Below, one piece after another: positions 29,910 to 40,318 of a DNA stretch of 54,230 nucleotides. The notes beneath the pieces are model-generated. The model was not told where the DNA came from, ran no database searches, and saw only the letters and a list, made by a program, of their open reading frames with translations. The number at the start of each line of letters is the position of its first letter. Position 1 is the first letter of the stretch. This stretch comes from Acaryochloridaceae cyanobacterium VAR_48_metabat_390 (GTDB lineage Bacteria > Cyanobacteriota > Cyanobacteriia > Thermosynechococcales > Thermosynechococcaceae), in contig JANPLU010000079.1 in assembly GCA_031422435.1 (NCBI GenBank), positions 1-54,230 on the forward strand, given 5' to 3'. The position numbers were made by a program, and so were the translations under genes.

Positions 29910-30986
29910 CTACGGCAAACGCTCAATAATGCCGCCTCCCAGAACAATCTCGCCGTCATACCAAACGGCGGCCTGTCCTGGGGTTACGCTAAACTGCGGC
30001 TCATCAAACACCAGCTTTACGCGCGGGCTGCTGCTCCCTTCTTCTGTCGGGAGCGGAATGACCGTCACGTCCACAGGCGGCGTACGGTAGCGAATTTGCA
30101 CCTGTGCGCGTATAGGTGTAGCTGGTGCCGTAATCGAAACCCAATTCACGCGCCCGACGGTACAGTCTGGCTGCACCGCGCTGTCGCGATCGCCCACCAC
30201 CACCCGATTCATCACGGGGTCTAGCCCCACCACATAAAGGGGCTGAGCCGCCGCCACCCCTAAGCCTTTGCGCTGCCCAATCGTATAGTGATGCACCCCT
30301 TCGTGATGCCCCAGCACCTGCCCCTGGCGATCCACAATCTCACCTTGGCGGGGCTGAATATACTGATCTAAAAAGGCGCTCATTGATCCGTGGGCTTCTA
30401 CCAGGCAAAGATCTTGGCTCTCTGGCTTTTCCGCCGTTTGCAGTCCCAGTTCCGCCGCTACACGCCGCGTTTCGGTCTTCGTTTGCTCACCCAGCGGAAA
30501 AATGACCCCCGCCAAAATCTCTTGGGACAGGTCGTACAGAAAATAGGACTGGTCTTTATGGCGATCGACTGCACGCAAAAGCTGTACGCGACCCGTTTGA
30601 GGGTCTTGACCCACACGGGCGTAATGACCTGTCGCAATTTTTTGCGTGTCTAGCGTCTCTTGGGCATAGCGCAGCATCGGCCCAAACTTGACCGCCTTAT
30701 TGCACTGAGAGCAGGGCAGTGGCGTTACGCCCACTTCGTAACCTGCCACCAGGTAATCCACAATATTTTCTTGAAACAGGTCGCGGGTATCGACCACGTG
30801 GTACTCAACCCCAAGCTGTTCACACAGTTGGGCAGCATCTACCATGCCCTCAGAGCAGCACTGCCCTTTACCCTTCATGAGCCATAGGGTTACGCCTGCC
30901 ACTTCATAGCCCTGGCGCTGAAGGAGGGCGATCGCCACCGAGCTATCTACCCCACCCGAAAGGCCGACTGCTACTTTAGTGCTCAT
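29910..30986 (-). CDS. mnmA: tRNA 2-thiouridine(34) synthase
   Basis: [47 protein letters not shown]. Confidence 0.96.
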   Translation of the reverse strand: MSTKVAVGLSGGVDSSVAIALLQRQGYEVAGVTLWLMKGKGQCCSEGMVDAAQLCEQLGVEYHVVDTRDLFQENIVDYLVAGYEVGVTPLPCSQCNKAVKFGPMLRYAQETLDTQKIATGHYARVGQDPQTGRVQLLRAVDRHKDQSYFLYDLSQEILAGVIFPLGEQTKTETRRVAAELGLQTAEKPESQDLCLVEAHGSMSAFLDQYIQPRQGEIVDRQGQVLGHHEGVHHYTIGQRKGLGVAAAQPLYVVGLDPVMNRVVVGDRDSAVQPDCTVGRVNWVSITAPATPIRAQVQIRYRTPPVDVTVIPLPTEEGSSSPRVKLVFDEPQFSVTPGQAAVWYDGEIVLGGGIIERLP

Positions 30987-31191
30987 ACTGCCGAAACTCA
31001 AAGCAATCTAAGGATTACAAATGTTAATGATATGCTCAAGGCGGTGTGTTCGTTCCCACGGCTTCCCCTTGCGTAGTATCTTCCACATCATAGCTAACCT
31101 GTGGAAAGCTTCAGATAGAGAATTTCAGTAACAGCAGAAGCACTAGGCTAAAGTTTCAGAGAACTTAATTCTTAGACAGGAGGATTTAGGG

Positions 31192-31425
31192 ATGCTAAAA
31201 ACCCTTTGGGCTGAGGTTAAGCAGGGAAAAATTGAGCTACTAGAACTTGCAGATCTGCCTGAAGGAACAAAGGTTTTAGTTACACTATTGCCACCGAAAG
31301 AAATGGCGCAATGGTTTCAGACTAAATCTGGCGTTAACGATGATATTTGGGACAGTCCTGGAGCTAGCAATGATATTTGGGACAATATTGAGGACAAAGT
31401 TGAGGTTTCCAGTCTTTCAGAGTAG
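31192..31425 (+). CDS. Small hypothetical protein, antitoxin-like (AF2212/DUF104-like N-terminus)
   Basis: GGAGG SD; MLKTLWAEVKQGKIELLE..LPEGTKVLVTLL; acidic tail with duplicated DIWD. Confidence 0.65.
   Translation: MLKTLWAEVKQGKIELLELADLPEGTKVLVTLLPPKEMAQWFQTKSGVNDDIWDSPGASNDIWDNIEDKVEVSSLSE
31340..31384 (+). repeat. 15-bp direct repeat with 30-bp period inside CDS
   Basis: ATGATATTTGGGACA at 31340-31354 and 31370-31384. Confidence 0.85.
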
Positions 31426-31433
31426 CCCTCTCC

Positions 31434-32072
31434 ATGAACTATCTCTACCTCCATGGCTTTGCCTCAGGCCCACGCTCCATTAAGGCAATCTATCTGCGGA
31501 ATCGCTTTGCGCAGCAAGGCATTGACCTAATCGTCCCCGATCTCAACCAGCCTGATTTTTTCAACCTTACGCTCACCCGTCAACTTCAGCAGTGTGAGGC
31601 AATACTGGCGGTAAAGCCTGGAGGCTGGACAATCTTGGGTTCTAGTCTAGGGGGCTTAACGGCAGCATGGCTGGGTCAGCGCAATCTTAATGTTGAGCGC
31701 TTAGTGCTGTTAGCACCAGCCTTTGAATTTTTACCCCATTGGCAGCAGCAGCTTGGCACAGCAAAACTTGAGCAGTGGCAAAAAGACGGCTCTGTGGAGG
31801 TTTACCACCCTGTAGAAGGGCGATCGCTCTCCCTAAGCTATGCTTTTTGGGAAAATGTCAGCCAGTACGCTGAAACAAAACTCAAGCGATCTGCTGCTGC
31901 AACGCTCATTTTGCATGGTATCAACGATGAGGTGATTCCTGTTAAAGCCAGCCGTCGTTATGCAGCGCAAAACCCTAAGTGCAATCTCATTGAGCTAGCC
32001 AGCGATCATGGATTAACCGATTTACTACCGGAGATTTGGGCCGCAACTCAGCAGTTTTGCAGGCTCAAATAG
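31434..32072 (+). CDS. YqiA/YcfP-family alpha/beta hydrolase
   Basis: YLHGFASGP.S.KA, GSSLGG, HG..DEVIP, SDH. Confidence 0.9.
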   Translation: MNYLYLHGFASGPRSIKAIYLRNRFAQQGIDLIVPDLNQPDFFNLTLTRQLQQCEAILAVKPGGWTILGSSLGGLTAAWLGQRNLNVERLVLLAPAFEFLPHWQQQLGTAKLEQWQKDGSVEVYHPVEGRSLSLSYAFWENVSQYAETKLKRSAAATLILHGINDEVIPVKASRRYAAQNPKCNLIELASDHGLTDLLPEIWAATQQFCRLK

Positions 32073-32271
32073 CTACATCAATAAATAGGAGAGATTGCTC
32101 GCCCTTCAACTGTACGATCTGAGTAACACAGGCTTTGATACGGGAATCCGAAGGATGCAAGATTGTGTCGCAGGTTCATCCCAGCGCTAGACTAAAAGAA
32201 AAATTACTGACAAAGTCCCCAGGGGCAAACCTGCGGCACTCAAACCCTTAAAGTCAGCCCCACTGAGCACT

Positions 32272-33255
32272 ATGAATAAGAAACCTGTTTCGATATTGAA
32301 GTCTTTTACCCGTATCTGCGTTGCCTTTGCGCTTGTCTTTGGCTTAGTTTTCTCCCAAGCTCATTCAGCGTTGGCTGCTAGGACGGGTGGTGGTTTTGGC
32401 GGGGGCAGTTTCCGCAGACCCTCTATCCCTACTCGGATGGCTCCAGCACGTCAGCCCATGTCGGGTGGCAGTGGATATGGCTATGGCGGCGGATATGGTG
32501 GGGGCGGTTTTGGGTTCCCCTTTATGCTGCCGTTTATGTTTGGCGGGGGCGGCTCTCTGTTTACGATTTTGATAGTTATTGCGATCGCCAATTTCGTTCT
32601 CTCTAGCTTCCGGAATGCCTCTAATTCTGAGGGCGGTGGCGTGTCTGTCAGCGAACAAGACTTGACCAACCCGCCTGTTTCCGTCAATATCCTACAAATT
32701 GGGCTACTGGCTGAGGCACGAGTTCTTCAAACAGACCTGGATCGCATCGCGCTTAACGCCAACACCAGCAACTCTGCAGGTTTAGCCGAGGCGCTTCAAG
32801 AATCTACCCTGGCGCTTTTACGCCACCCTGAATACTGGGTATATGCCAATGCCGAAGGGCAGCAAACGCGATTAATGTCAGCAGAAGCAGAATTTAATCG
32901 TCGCACCTTATCTGAGCGCAGCAAGTTCCAAGAAGAGACGCTTTCTAATTACAGCGCCCAGCTCAAGCAAAAATCCACAACCGCCACACTGCCAGCAGCC
33001 GATGATGCCAGCACGTTACTCAGTCAAGGCCCTGGCGAATACATTTTAGTCACGCTGATTGTGGCCTCTCAAGGCAAACTGGATCTGCCTAAAGTTCAGT
33101 CTGCCCAAGATGTGAAAAAAGCGCTTGGTCAGATTGGTGCAGTTGGAGCTGAAGCGCTGTTAGCCATGCGGGTGCTGTGGACACCCCAAGCCAGTGGAGA
33201 TGCGCTAACCGCCGATGATTTGGTTGAGGCTTATCCTAAGCTTCAGCGTTTATAA
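32272..33255 (+). CDS. DUF1517 domain membrane protein (FLAP1-like)
   Basis: ALAARTGGGFGGGSF Gly-rich N-terminus, LALLRHPEYWVY, ERSKF, EYILVTL, WTPQ. Confidence 0.88.
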   Translation: MNKKPVSILKSFTRICVAFALVFGLVFSQAHSALAARTGGGFGGGSFRRPSIPTRMAPARQPMSGGSGYGYGGGYGGGGFGFPFMLPFMFGGGGSLFTILIVIAIANFVLSSFRNASNSEGGGVSVSEQDLTNPPVSVNILQIGLLAEARVLQTDLDRIALNANTSNSAGLAEALQESTLALLRHPEYWVYANAEGQQTRLMSAEAEFNRRTLSERSKFQEETLSNYSAQLKQKSTTATLPAADDASTLLSQGPGEYILVTLIVASQGKLDLPKVQSAQDVKKALGQIGAVGAEALLAMRVLWTPQASGDALTADDLVEAYPKLQRL

Positions 33256-33288
33256 GTTTAAGAACTTTACGATTAAGTTCGCTAGAAG

Positions 33289-33319
33289 AAAAAGGGTTGG
33301 AGTGATCCAACCCTTTTTT
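33289..33319 (+). terminator. Rho-independent terminator, bidirectional-type
   Basis: AAAAAGGGTTGGA-GTGA-TCCAACCCTTTTTT perfect stem with T-tract after the DUF1517 stop. Confidence 0.88.
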
Positions 33320-33447
33320 GATACACGAAGATGCGAATGGCTATGAATCACCCTCGTTCAATGACTTTAGTTAAATAATCGAGTTTGGTTGAATAATGGT
33401 TTAGGGCATTAGCTCAGCCATTATAAAAAAGTGAAGAAAAAGACTGC

Positions 33448-34782
33448 ATGACCGTATCGCGGAGCATTTGTCTAGGCTTTATCGCCGTCATCTTGGCGGG
33501 CACCCTGTTGCTCATGATGCCTATTGCCACCACCAGCGGTCAGTGGAATGACCCCATTGTGGCACTGTTTACCTCCACTTCAGCCGTGTGCGTGACGGGC
33601 CACGTTGTCGTGGATACCGCCACCTACTTTTCTAGGACTGGGCAAGGCATCATTATGCTGCTCGTTCAGGTAGGCGGTTTGGGGTATATGACCGTTACCA
33701 CTTTTCTGCTGCTGCTGTTGGGTCGTCGCTTTGGTCTCAAGGATAAAATTGCGATTCAGCAGGCGCTTGACCGCCGCGCCCTTCAGGGTAGTACTCAAAT
33801 TCTTCAGTCTATTGTTGCCACCACACTTTTATTTGAGCTGACGGGGGCTTTTTTGCTGCTGTGGGTGTTTGTACCTGATGTCGGCTGGGCAAAGGGGCTA
33901 TGGTTTGCGGTGTTTCATAGCGTGAGCGCCTTTAACAACGCCGGGTTTGCGCTATTCTCAGATAACTTAGTAGGGTACCAAGGGTCTTTACTGCTCAATC
34001 TGGTCATTACCGGACTCATTATTTTTGGTGGAATTGGCTATGAGGTTATTTTGGAGCTTTACCTGCTGGTGCGAGAGCGCATTCTGCGCCAAAAGCTGAG
34101 GACGGTGCGATCGCTCAACTTCCGCGTTGCCGTCAGCACCACTCTATTTCTACTCATCGGCGGCACCGTAGCCATCTGGCTCATTGAAATGAGAAACACC
34201 AAAACCCTTGGCAATTTAACACTGCCGCAGCAGTTGCTTGCGGCTTGGTTTCAGTCTGTCACCAGCCGCACCGCAGGTTTTAACACCATTGACAATGGAC
34301 AAATGAGTAATGCGGGGCTATTTATTACCATTGCGCTAATGCTGGTGGGGGGTAGCCCAGGCGGAACCGCTGGAGGCATCAAAACCACCACGGCACGCGT
34401 TCTTACAAGCTGTACCCAAGCCATTCTTCAGGGCAAAGAATCTGTATCTATCTATCGGCGACAGGTTCCTCTCTCACTCCTGCTCAAGGCCGTAGGGGTT
34501 ACGGTGGGTTCTTTAGCAACGGTGATTGCCGCAACCATGTGTATTGCCCTTGCCGATCCGGCGCTGGATTTTATTCGGATTTTATTTGAAGTTGCCTCTG
34601 CCTTTGGTACCGTAGGACTTTCAACGGGCATTACGGCAGGATTGACCCCTGTGAGTAAACTGGTGCTGATCGCAACGATGTATATCGGTCGAGTCGGCGT
34701 TTTGCTGCTGATTGGTGCGCTCTTGGGTGACCCAAAACCCAGCGCGGTTCGGTATCCAGAGGAATCTCTACTGGTGGGTTAG
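33448..34782 (+). CDS. ktrB: Ktr/Trk potassium uptake membrane subunit
   Basis: SAVCVTG, SAFNNAGF, RTAGFN, SPGGTAGGIK, SAFGTVGLS, GRVG. Confidence 0.93.
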   Translation: MTVSRSICLGFIAVILAGTLLLMMPIATTSGQWNDPIVALFTSTSAVCVTGHVVVDTATYFSRTGQGIIMLLVQVGGLGYMTVTTFLLLLLGRRFGLKDKIAIQQALDRRALQGSTQILQSIVATTLLFELTGAFLLLWVFVPDVGWAKGLWFAVFHSVSAFNNAGFALFSDNLVGYQGSLLLNLVITGLIIFGGIGYEVILELYLLVRERILRQKLRTVRSLNFRVAVSTTLFLLIGGTVAIWLIEMRNTKTLGNLTLPQQLLAAWFQSVTSRTAGFNTIDNGQMSNAGLFITIALMLVGGSPGGTAGGIKTTTARVLTSCTQAILQGKESVSIYRRQVPLSLLLKAVGVTVGSLATVIAATMCIALADPALDFIRILFEVASAFGTVGLSTGITAGLTPVSKLVLIATMYIGRVGVLLLIGALLGDPKPSAVRYPEESLLVG

Positions 34783-34825
34783 TGCAACTTTTTCATGCTG
34801 TAAATAATTTTAGGAATGGTCGTCC

Positions 34826-35524
34826 ATGAATTTTTCTTCCCTAGGCTTGTTTCGTCCTCTAAAACCGGGGAATCGTCGCCAGTTTGCCGTTATTGGTCTG
34901 GGGCGCTTTGGTCGAGCTGTTTGTGAAACGCTGCACAAAAGCGGTTATGAGGTTTTGGGGGCAGATGTAGACGAAAAGCGTGTGGCGGATATTTTGAATA
35001 TTGGCGCGGCTGCCCACGCAGTACAGATTGACTCCACAGATCCGCTTTCCCTTAAACAAGCGGGTATTTTTGAGTTTGATACGGTGATTGTGGCGATCGG
35101 GAATTACCTGCAGGAGAGCATTATTACAACTCTGGCGGTTAAAGAGGCAGGAGTGCCCCACGTGGTCGCAAAAGCCTCATCAGATATTCATGCCAAGCTG
35201 CTCCAAAAAGTAGGGGCAGATCGGGTAGTGCTGCCAGAACACGAAGCAGGCTGTACCTTGGCACGATCGCTCACCAATGCCGGAATCCTGGATCGCTTTG
35301 ACCTCGACCCAGAGCACAGCATTGTCGAAATTACGGTGCCAGAGTCATTCCACAATAAGACCATCGCCGAACTACGGCTGCGCGGTCAATATGGGCTAAA
35401 CGTCTTGGCGACGGGTCATGCCCAAAAATTTGACATCAACCCCAGTCCTGAGCGCCCTCTACAGAAGGGCGATATGCTGGTGGTGATTGGCAGTAATGCC
35501 GACATTGATCGCCTTCCGCTGTAG
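34826..35524 (+). CDS. ktrA: Ktr/Trk potassium uptake RCK subunit
   Basis: FAVIGLGRFG, VAKA, GADRVVLPE; TrkA-C domain. Confidence 0.92.
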   Translation: MNFSSLGLFRPLKPGNRRQFAVIGLGRFGRAVCETLHKSGYEVLGADVDEKRVADILNIGAAAHAVQIDSTDPLSLKQAGIFEFDTVIVAIGNYLQESIITTLAVKEAGVPHVVAKASSDIHAKLLQKVGADRVVLPEHEAGCTLARSLTNAGILDRFDLDPEHSIVEITVPESFHNKTIAELRLRGQYGLNVLATGHAQKFDINPSPERPLQKGDMLVVIGSNADIDRLPL

Positions 35525-35532
35525 CTGCCCCC

Positions 35533-36456
35533 ATGATTCCTGCTGCCCCGTCTCACTTTCGCTCTGGCTTTGTTGCGCTGATTGGCCGACCCAATGTGGG
35601 CAAGTCAACCCTCATGAACACTCTTATTGGCCAAAAGGTTGCCATTACCTCTGCGGTCGCTCAAACCACCCGCAATCGTCTGCGCGGTATTTTGACGCGA
35701 GAGGATGCCCAAATTATTTTTGTGGATACCCCTGGGATTCACAAACCGCACCACTCTTTGGGGGAAGTGCTGGTTAAAAATGCGATCGCCGCCATTAACG
35801 CCGTAGACCTTGTGGTTTTTATCGTAGATGGCTCGGTTCGCTGCGGCAAAGGCGACCAGTTTATTGAAGATATTTTGGTAAACTCTAAAACACCAGTTAT
35901 TTTAGGCGTTAACAAAACCGATATTGCCCCAGAAGACCCCACCCAAAAAACTGCCGTTGAGCAGGGCTATCGCAACTTAGCCGAGGCGCATCAATGGCCT
36001 TACCAAGCCTTTTCTGCTCTAACCGGAGACGGTTCTGAACCATTGCTGTCTCGGCTTGTTGAGACATTGCCCCAAGGACCTTACTACTACCCGCCCGACC
36101 TCATCACTGACCAGCCTGAGCGGTTTATTATGGGTGAACTCATCCGTGAGCAAATTTTAGAGCTGACCCGTGAGGAAGTCCCTCACTCCGTGGCAATTAC
36201 CATTGAGCGCGTTGAAGAAGATGCCAAAATTACGCGCATTTTGGCGACCGTCCACGTTGAGCGCCCGTCCCAAAAGGCCATCCTGATTGGCAAAGGCGGC
36301 ACCATGATGAAAGAAATTGGCTCCCAAGCGCGACAGCAAATCCAAAAGCTGGTAATGGGTAAGGTGTACCTAGAGCTGTTTGTAAAAGTGCAGCCTAAAT
36401 GGAGAGAATCTAGCCTACGGCTGTCTGAATTTGGCTACCGTGTAGAGTCTATTTAA
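35533..36456 (+). CDS. era: GTPase Era
   Basis: GRPNVGKST, QTTR, DTPG, NKTD, EEVPH, KH domain IGKGG. Confidence 0.97.
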   Translation: MIPAAPSHFRSGFVALIGRPNVGKSTLMNTLIGQKVAITSAVAQTTRNRLRGILTREDAQIIFVDTPGIHKPHHSLGEVLVKNAIAAINAVDLVVFIVDGSVRCGKGDQFIEDILVNSKTPVILGVNKTDIAPEDPTQKTAVEQGYRNLAEAHQWPYQAFSALTGDGSEPLLSRLVETLPQGPYYYPPDLITDQPERFIMGELIREQILELTREEVPHSVAITIERVEEDAKITRILATVHVERPSQKAILIGKGGTMMKEIGSQARQQIQKLVMGKVYLELFVKVQPKWRESSLRLSEFGYRVESI

Positions 36457-36457
36457 T

Positions 36458-37159
36458 TCAGGATTTTTCTGCTGCTGCTGCAACCGCGTTTGGGGCAGCG
36501 CCGCGAATTTGGGCGATCGCCTGATCAATTGCTGCCACAATCACCCGATGCTCCTGCACCTGAATCCGCGCATGGAGCGTTTCTGGCGTATCCTCTGGCA
36601 GCACAGGCACCGCCGCCTGCACCAGAATTTCGCCGCTGTCTACCTCTGGCACTACCCAATGTGCCGTACAGCCCGTAATTTTTACTTGGGCTGCGATCGC
36701 CTGTTCCACTGCCCGTATCCCCTTAAAGCTGGGCAGCAAACTGGGGTGGATATTCAGCACCCGATGAGGGAACGCCTCTAAGAGTACAGGCGTTACAACC
36801 CGCATCCAGCCTGCCATTACCACTAGCTCAACGTTATGCTGCCGCAGTACATCTACAATCGCCAGATCTAATGCCTCGCGGGTGGTGTAGTCGCGGTGAT
36901 TTAAGAGCTGCGTGGGAATATTATGCCGCTGCGATCGCACTGCCGCCTTTGCCTGAGGATTGTTGTAAATCAAAACTGCCACTTGCGCTTCGAGGTGTTG
37001 CTGGGCAATGGCCTGGGCGATCGCCTCAAAATTGCTGCCTGAGCCTGAAGCCAGCACCCCAAGCTTAATCGGCTTTTCCTGCGATGCTGCGCGGTAGGGC
37101 ATGACAATGGGCGAGCAGAGACTTTGCGAAGCCCAATCTGGCGTAAGAAAACTCGTCAT
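36458..37159 (-). CDS. purN: Phosphoribosylglycinamide formyltransferase
   Basis: ASGSGSNFEA, MAGWMR, NIHPSLLPSF, GCTAH, DSG; start uncertain (37159 or 37102). Confidence 0.95.
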   Translation of the reverse strand: MTSFLTPDWASQSLCSPIVMPYRAASQEKPIKLGVLASGSGSNFEAIAQAIAQQHLEAQVAVLIYNNPQAKAAVRSQRHNIPTQLLNHRDYTTREALDLAIVDVLRQHNVELVVMAGWMRVVTPVLLEAFPHRVLNIHPSLLPSFKGIRAVEQAIAAQVKITGCTAHWVVPEVDSGEILVQAAVPVLPEDTPETLHARIQVQEHRVIVAAIDQAIAQIRGAAPNAVAAAAEKS

Positions 37160-37236
37160 AAATGCGTCAGCACAAAAAGAATAGCGATACACTAGCAAAA
37201 CCTACAGCACCCCAACTCTAAAGCACTCAAAGGGTT

Positions 37237-38115
37237 ATGAAACCAGCGCTTTCTTTTTCCCGCTCCGACACGCTTGCAGCCTGGTTGTTTTTAAGTCCTG
37301 CAATTGTGCTGCTGGGCGTTTTTGTGCTGTGGCCGATGGCTTACCTATTGTATCTGAGCTTTACCAGCGGTAGCTTTACCCGTACTGGCATTCACTGGGC
37401 AGGGCTGGCAAACTACGTTCGGCTCTTGTCGATGCCAGATTTTTGGGAGGTGCTCAAAAATACGGTAGTTTTTACAGTTTTTACCGTAATTCCGAGTCTT
37501 GTGATTCCCCTAGGGTTGGCGGTTCTGCTAGATCGTAAGCTGCTGCTGCGAGATGTCTGGCGCACGACGTTTATCTTGCCGTCTTTCATTTCTTTGGTTG
37601 CGGCAGGTCTGGGCTTTCGCTGGCTGTTTCAGACCGATGGCCCTGTTAATGGGTTGCTAGCTTCTGTAGGTGTAGAACCTATTCCCTGGCTAGGGAGTCC
37701 AATTTGGGCAATGCCTGTGCTTATTTTACTCAGCATCTGGAAGCAGCTTGGCTTTAACTTAATTGTATTTTTAGCGGGTTTACAGACCATTCCGGCCTCA
37801 CGCTATGAGGCTGCTGCTCTCGATGGTGCCAAGGGCTGGCAGCTCTTTTGGCACATTACTCTGCCAGGTCTGCGTCCCACCGCTCTATTTGCGGTTATTA
37901 CCACGGCAATTTTTACGCTCCGCAGCTTTGAAACCATCTATGTGGTTACGAGCGGTGGACCGCTCAATACCACCAATATTTTGGTCTACTACATTTACGA
38001 GCAGGCGTTTAGTCAGTTTGACTTTGGCTATGCTGCTGCCGCCGCCACCATTTTGCTGGGTATCACACTGGGGCTGGTCTACCTTCAGATTCGAGTTTGG
38101 GATCCAGAGAACTAG
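37237..38115 (+). CDS. Carbohydrate ABC transporter permease (solitary)
   Basis: GLQTIP...YEAAALDGA EAA motif, ITLP.LRP, TSGGP. Confidence 0.92.
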   Translation: MKPALSFSRSDTLAAWLFLSPAIVLLGVFVLWPMAYLLYLSFTSGSFTRTGIHWAGLANYVRLLSMPDFWEVLKNTVVFTVFTVIPSLVIPLGLAVLLDRKLLLRDVWRTTFILPSFISLVAAGLGFRWLFQTDGPVNGLLASVGVEPIPWLGSPIWAMPVLILLSIWKQLGFNLIVFLAGLQTIPASRYEAAALDGAKGWQLFWHITLPGLRPTALFAVITTAIFTLRSFETIYVVTSGGPLNTTNILVYYIYEQAFSQFDFGYAAAAATILLGITLGLVYLQIRVWDPEN

Positions 38116-39437
38116 AAGTTTTCCCAACGCGATCGCCGTCCTACAAATTCTTTAGGGGAACTTTGGGCATTGAGGGAAAGTGCATTGCCCTTAGAACCCT
38201 GAAACCATTTTGAAAGCGCCGTTAACGTTTGGGTTAAATCAGGGGAGAGCATCCCCGCCGGAGATTCCGTTTTGAAGCTCTCCCATAGTTGAGCTACCTG
38301 AGAAGTCCATTCTTCTGCTTCTGTACAGCGGGTTTTCCAGTGCTGCACGGCAGTTTCATACTCGCTTGCCTGCTGCGCCTGACGTAACACCTGCTCCTGT
38401 AGGTCATTGACCTGTTGTTCTAGCTGCTCTGAACGAGTTTGGGCGAGTTTGGTATCTTGCTCAAGCTCGTGGGTCGTGTGCTGAAGCTGAGCCTGCAAAA
38501 TAGACTGGCTTGACAGCTCATTTTGTAGCTCTGTAATTTGGCGCTGGGCTTTGAGGAGTGTGGTGCTAATGCCCTGGATAAACTGATCTTTCTGAGAATC
38601 GGGACGGTTGCGATCTTTAAGGGCGGCAATCATCGTTTCTCGGTGGGTCAGCATTTCTTCTGCCTGCTGGAGCTTTAACTCTAGCGATCGCGTAGACAAT
38701 TCTCGATTGCGAAGCTCTGTCCGCAGACGGTCTGCTGTTTTTTGGGCAATAATCCGCTGCTGGGTTTCCTGAACCATCGAACCCTGGAGGGCATCAAGCT
38801 GGGCTGTCGCCTGTGCTTTTGTGTCTTTGAGGCGATCAAGTTCGGCACGCACTTGCAGCATCTGAAGCTGGAGCGCTGAGCATTTATTCTCTTTTTGCGA
38901 AATGAGGGCGATCGCCTCCTTGCGCTCAGACTGCGTAGCCTGGAGCTGCTGCTGAGCCGTCTCTAAGGCTTCCTGAAGCGCCTGCTGCTCAGAAACTTGG
39001 AGCTTTAGCGTCTCAATGGCCTGCTTTTGAATATGAGAAAAAGCCTCCGTAGTTGCAAGCTGGCCTTCTAAAAATTCTTGGTCGATCAGCTTTTTCTTGA
39101 GTTCATCAATATAAAGCTGACACTGATATAAAGCCTGCTCCAGTTGCCGAATGCGCTTTCCTTCAGTTTGCGACTCTCCAGGGGTCGCAAACTGAATGGA
39201 CTGGGCGACCTCACTGAGCAGCTCAGAAACTGAAGACATTGACGTAGACAGATCAGAGACTGCCTCAGCAGGGAAATTTTCCTGAGTATTTTCAGACATC
39301 CTGGAATCCTCGTCACCCACATCCTGCGTTGATAGGCTGGGGCGTTGGGGCGGTCTGGGGAATTGCGTGGTCGAGTCCGTGGTTGATTCTGTAGGCACGT
39401 CCTCGCGGTTCCACAGAATTTCAAGTTGTTGTTCCAC
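38112..39437 (-). CDS. Long coiled-coil hypothetical protein
   Basis: 441-aa Q/E/L-rich heptad ORF with disordered N-terminus. Confidence 0.75.
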   Translation of the reverse strand: MEQQLEILWNREDVPTESTTDSTTQFPRPPQRPSLSTQDVGDEDSRMSENTQENFPAEAVSDLSTSMSSVSELLSEVAQSIQFATPGESQTEGKRIRQLEQALYQCQLYIDELKKKLIDQEFLEGQLATTEAFSHIQKQAIETLKLQVSEQQALQEALETAQQQLQATQSERKEAIALISQKENKCSALQLQMLQVRAELDRLKDTKAQATAQLDALQGSMVQETQQRIIAQKTADRLRTELRNRELSTRSLELKLQQAEEMLTHRETMIAALKDRNRPDSQKDQFIQGISTTLLKAQRQITELQNELSSQSILQAQLQHTTHELEQDTKLAQTRSEQLEQQVNDLQEQVLRQAQQASEYETAVQHWKTRCTEAEEWTSQVAQLWESFKTESPAGMLSPDLTQTLTALSKWFQGSKGNALSLNAQSSPKEFVGRRSRWENF

Positions 39438-39732
39438 AATATCTGTTATTCCACAGTATTTGTCCGCAATATCGTAAAGGTAGAGTGTTTGACTGAGTTA
39501 GCCTGATGGCTCATCTCATCAAAATACTTACGCATTACCCCCCGATAGCGTGACATCTCACAGTAGACGCTTTAAATTATCTGTTATTATGGCTCACTCT
39601 TGCAGAAGAACTAGACCAAAAGGGAATGCTAAGGGATAACAGGCTGCCTTTGTAGGCAAAACCCGAGGAAGTGCAATATGATAGCAGCCAACACCATCTT
39701 AAGCTGGCTGGCTTAATCTTAAATTAATTACT

Positions 39733-40314
39733 ATGGTTTTAGCCGATGGCTTTGCTTTATTAGACTCATCCCGTACTTTAACGCCAGAGGAGTCTGATGT
39801 TCTTAAGCTTTTACAGGGTGAAATTTTATTAAAGCCTAGATCCTACAGCGCTTCGGGTGGGGCAGTCACGGCTCTGATGTACCTGCCTTCATCGCGATCG
39901 CATGTGTGGACAAATCTGACGGACTATACGCGCTGGGTTCAGTATTTTCCTGATATTGTGCAAAGCGAAATTTTAGAGAGTGACCCACAGAGACCCCACA
40001 GAGGGCGTCGAATTTATCAGACTGCCCGCAAAAACTTTTTAGTGTTTACCGCCCAAGTTGAAATTCATCTGCGGGTTTTTGAAAACCTTCAGCGCCAGAT
40101 CCGCTTTCGGATGGAGCGCGGCAGTTTTAATGATTTCTCGGCAGAATTAACGCTTGATGACTACGGCAGCGGAACCGTGTTGACCTATTCTGTAGAAGCC
40201 ACACCGCTGATTCCAGTGCCGGGTGTATTTATTGAGCAGGCCATGCGCTACGACCTACCCGGCAACATGCGCCAGATGCGTCAGGTCATTTGCGCGACGC
40301 ATCCCACAAACTAA
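39733..40314 (+). CDS. SRPBCC/polyketide cyclase-dehydrase family protein
   Basis: VW..LTDY.RW..YFPD, GSFNDF, LTYSVEATP. Confidence 0.85.
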   Translation: MVLADGFALLDSSRTLTPEESDVLKLLQGEILLKPRSYSASGGAVTALMYLPSSRSHVWTNLTDYTRWVQYFPDIVQSEILESDPQRPHRGRRIYQTARKNFLVFTAQVEIHLRVFENLQRQIRFRMERGSFNDFSAELTLDDYGSGTVLTYSVEATPLIPVPGVFIEQAMRYDLPGNMRQMRQVICATHPTN

Positions 40315-40318
40315 GGCA

